Part shown: positions 60,975 to 64,000 of the stretch, in pieces
Layout: every line of letters starts with the position of its first letter
Position numbering within the stretch: position 1 is the first letter of the stretch
Assembly (NCBI GenBank): GCA_051362555.1
Contig: CM120643.1
Coordinates: 2,976,001 to 3,040,000, forward strand
Origin: Lingula anatina
Lineage: Eukaryota; Animalia; Brachiopoda
Length of the DNA stretch: 64,000 nt
Direction: 5' to 3'
Notes under the pieces: generated by a model
What the model was told of the DNA's origin: nothing
What the model saw: only the letters and a program-made list of their open reading frames with translations
The model's database searches: none
Program-made: the position numbers and the translations under genes

Positions 60975-63900
60975 TTAATAATCCATTGCAGATTCAAATA
61001 TATATCAGCAAAGGGCAGATAATTGCTGGCGACTTTTATTTCATAGAACGTAATTGCTTTTGCTGTGCTCTCAACAAGCGCAATGCTGGCACTTTAGTCT
61101 TTCTACTACAACGACGAAAACATCGATTATCTTTTTTATTTCATTATACTGATATTTTGTTTATTTATTAACTTACTCAAACAGATGCAAGGGCTGACAG
61201 AAAAATACCAAACTACTTTCGGGTAGATTGAAAGAGAACTTTTCCTATATATAAATATATGGCACGACATCACGTTTTAGTTCTCAAACGAAGGCAAAAC
61301 AAATGAAACACGCTCCCCAATGTCTGACATAAAAAAATTCTCCAATTAGCGTCCAATCATGTTGAAGTTTTCAACACCATTTTCTTTTTCACTTTTTCAA
61401 AAATGTCCTTAAGTATTTCGTTAGAAGCTAATATGTCTTCTACGCTGTCTATCCCCTCTCCTCCGCCTTTCTCTCTCTCCCTCTTTCTCTCCCTCTCTCT
61501 GACTGCATTACCCCAGGGAATGCGCGCCGTGGTAGGGAGCAAGCAGAAGGGAGGCAAGGGAACATCGCCTTGCTGGGTCAGGAGTCGGAGCCGTCGTCGT
61601 GACCCCTTTGATCGCAGACAATGGGAGTTCGGTCGGGTTCCCGTGCAACCCCCGTCTAGGCGGATAGATTACAAATAAACTCCGAATCTGTTACAATTGA
61701 ATGCTTTATTGAACAGTGAAAACAACAAAATACGTGTCGTAACAAAGCGCTTACAATATCTTTCTGCGGCGTTAATATACATTACCAACTGCTTCAGTTC
61801 ACGAATCTTATTAGCCGGCAAGACGGCGTAAGCTGGCACACGCTTGATTTACCAGTATGAAATGAAGAGTATTTTTTAACTTCACACCTAAAACAGTACA
61901 GGCGGAAATTTTGCTTTTCTTACTCAGCTGCACACCTGCAAACATTTAACTTATATTAATCTGACTCCATTCATAGAATATTGATGAAAAAACATCTGTG
62001 GGGTTGGGTTTGGCAAAGCTGTGAAAGTAAACGTATGTGGTCGGTGCCGTCTATGCTTCAGAGGGCAGCAAAACACGAAAACCAGTGAACTAGAATTTTG
62101 AAGAAGGGGGCACCCTTAAATCAGAAAAACTATGATTCATGGCTATATTCATAATCACAGTTGATAACAGGAAGCCGGTGGACTAGAAAGTAAATGAAGG
62201 CAGACACGCTAAAGAAAAAGATTTACGGTATTTTTCTAAATACGATTACGAGTAGAGTTGAGCATCGACACTCCCTCTTGCTTTATGATAAACAGTAGTC
62301 CGCACTGCATCCGAGGACAGCGAAAATATGCTCAGTTCTGGGTACGTTACTCCGACATAGTTGACCATACCTCTATTGACAAAGCTCTATTGAGTCACAA
62401 ATACAGTTTTAGAATCGTATCACAAGATACGTATACTTGTAAGCAATTATTTGACGACTAGCGTAAAATGTCTTTTTTCAGTCCTTATTTAATTACCAAT
62501 TTTTAAGGGAAATTAAGAGAAAAATTCATTATTTTTTTTTAAACAAAAATATTTTTATATACAAAAAATATCAAACTGTTAATCATAATGTTAATAAAAA
62601 ATATTTTAAAAATCCATTTTGTTGCAGAAAGAAAAAATCGAGGTTAATAATTTTTATGGATTTTGAAAAAATATATGGAAGTTAGTCATTACGAACAGAC
62701 AAATCAGTTGTGACTTAAACCCGGGGAAAGTGCAGTTGGAACTGACATCAGTTAGTGACAAACGGATGGAACGAGAATTCTTATTTCCTTATAAAAATAT
62801 TTAGTTGATCAGTCAGAATCAATATCTATTGCTATTTGTGTTTCATCGTTCTTTTTAATTTTTTTCTTTCAATTTAAGATCTAAAATAATGCATTCACGT
62901 ATCTCTCTTGGAGATAAAGATTATAACGACAAAAATTGTACATTAAAATTTAATATTTTGAAAAAATATGAAGGCGATACAATGGTGAATCAATAGGAGC
63001 AAATATATAGATTTTTGTCTCAGCTATTTTCAATTAATATTGTAATATTCCCAAGCAATGCACTGCGGTTCTTATTATAAATTAGCAAAGCTTAAATTCA
63101 ACATGGCAAATAAAATCTAGAACAATACAATATATTTGAATGTCTTCCAAGACACATGGCAATTTCAGACAAAAATTAATTCCAGCAAGAACATATTTTA
63201 GACGGATTCACTAGCTTCACATTTCATTACAAAATAAAAATTTCAAGCAAATATACACCTTTTGTCTTCCGAACTCGGATATATTTTTTATTTCAAAAAA
63301 AAAAAAAATATATCTGGTGTGTTCGCATACAGGACCAATAAATCGATAGCGATTCTGTCAAGTGACGCCATAACTCGGTCTGTTGAATTTAAAGTGAACG
63401 GCAGCAGTCTCAGTCATTGGGACATCGATCGTCTGCACGCTCCGCGAGATTCTATATAGAATCAAAAGCGGGGCGCTCAGAGTAAAGAAACGCGACCAAA
63501 GACCTCTGCAGATAATATGCGATTTATACGCCGGTTATCATTTGAGAGGAAGACCGCGTTCTTGATTCATTTAACCCTGATCATATCCCGTAGACAAGCC
63601 GGCGGCAAAACGCAAATCTTAGCCAAGTGTAAACTTTCGTGAAAGGCTTGCCCTTTTATCTGTGTCCTAGTGAGCTTACGGCAGATTGGTCGGCGAGTCC
63701 CATTATAATCTATAGATTTAGCCCGGGGGTTATGGAAATAATATTGATCTTTTTTTTTTCAACTATATTTTAAAGAATAAAAAATGACTTTGTACCTTTA
63801 ACCAGTCACTTCATTGCTTTTATTTAGGGTGGGATTGGCAGGGCCCACTTTTCTACAGGAAGGTTTCTTTACAATTACAACGGTAAAGGCAATCATCATT

Positions 63901-64000
63901 TTTTGTTCCTTTTTGTCACTCACTTTTGTCTTCCCTTTTATCAAAAAGTACATAGCATGTGATAAAAAATATTATTTTGGAGAAACAGTTACAACACGAT

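Overview
AT-rich animal genomic DNA. It is probably a marine lophotrochozoan such as a mollusc, but that is only inferred from repeat types. The first ~50 kb is a head-to-tail (+ strand) tandem array of single-exon class A (rhodopsin-like) GPCR genes: five intact copies (25157, 30828, 36814, 42689, 48299), one copy with a single +2 frameshift (15474), and at least 11 collapsed gene relics in the spacers. The proteins have an adenosine-receptor-like scaffold (FITVEAL with E1.39, VSLALVD, PFMGWN, EAKLAK, NPFIY). They lack the adenosine-binding residues H6.52/N6.55/H7.43, the aminergic D3.32 and the opsin K7.43, and they differ mostly at TM3, ECL2/TM5 and ICL3. This suggests a lineage-specific, possibly chemosensory, receptor family under birth-and-death evolution. 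Visible remodelling includes a chimeric gene from unequal crossover, mosaic exchange, a 69-aa ICL3 duplication, swapped upstream regions, and TA-site transposon footprints, one of which adds two codons. A 3.75-kb TTAA-flanked Sola3-like transposon has its empty site in the paralogous segment. Several MITEs, SINE/LINE/Tc1 remnants and microsatellites are also present. No protein-coding gene is recognisable after ~50 kb.
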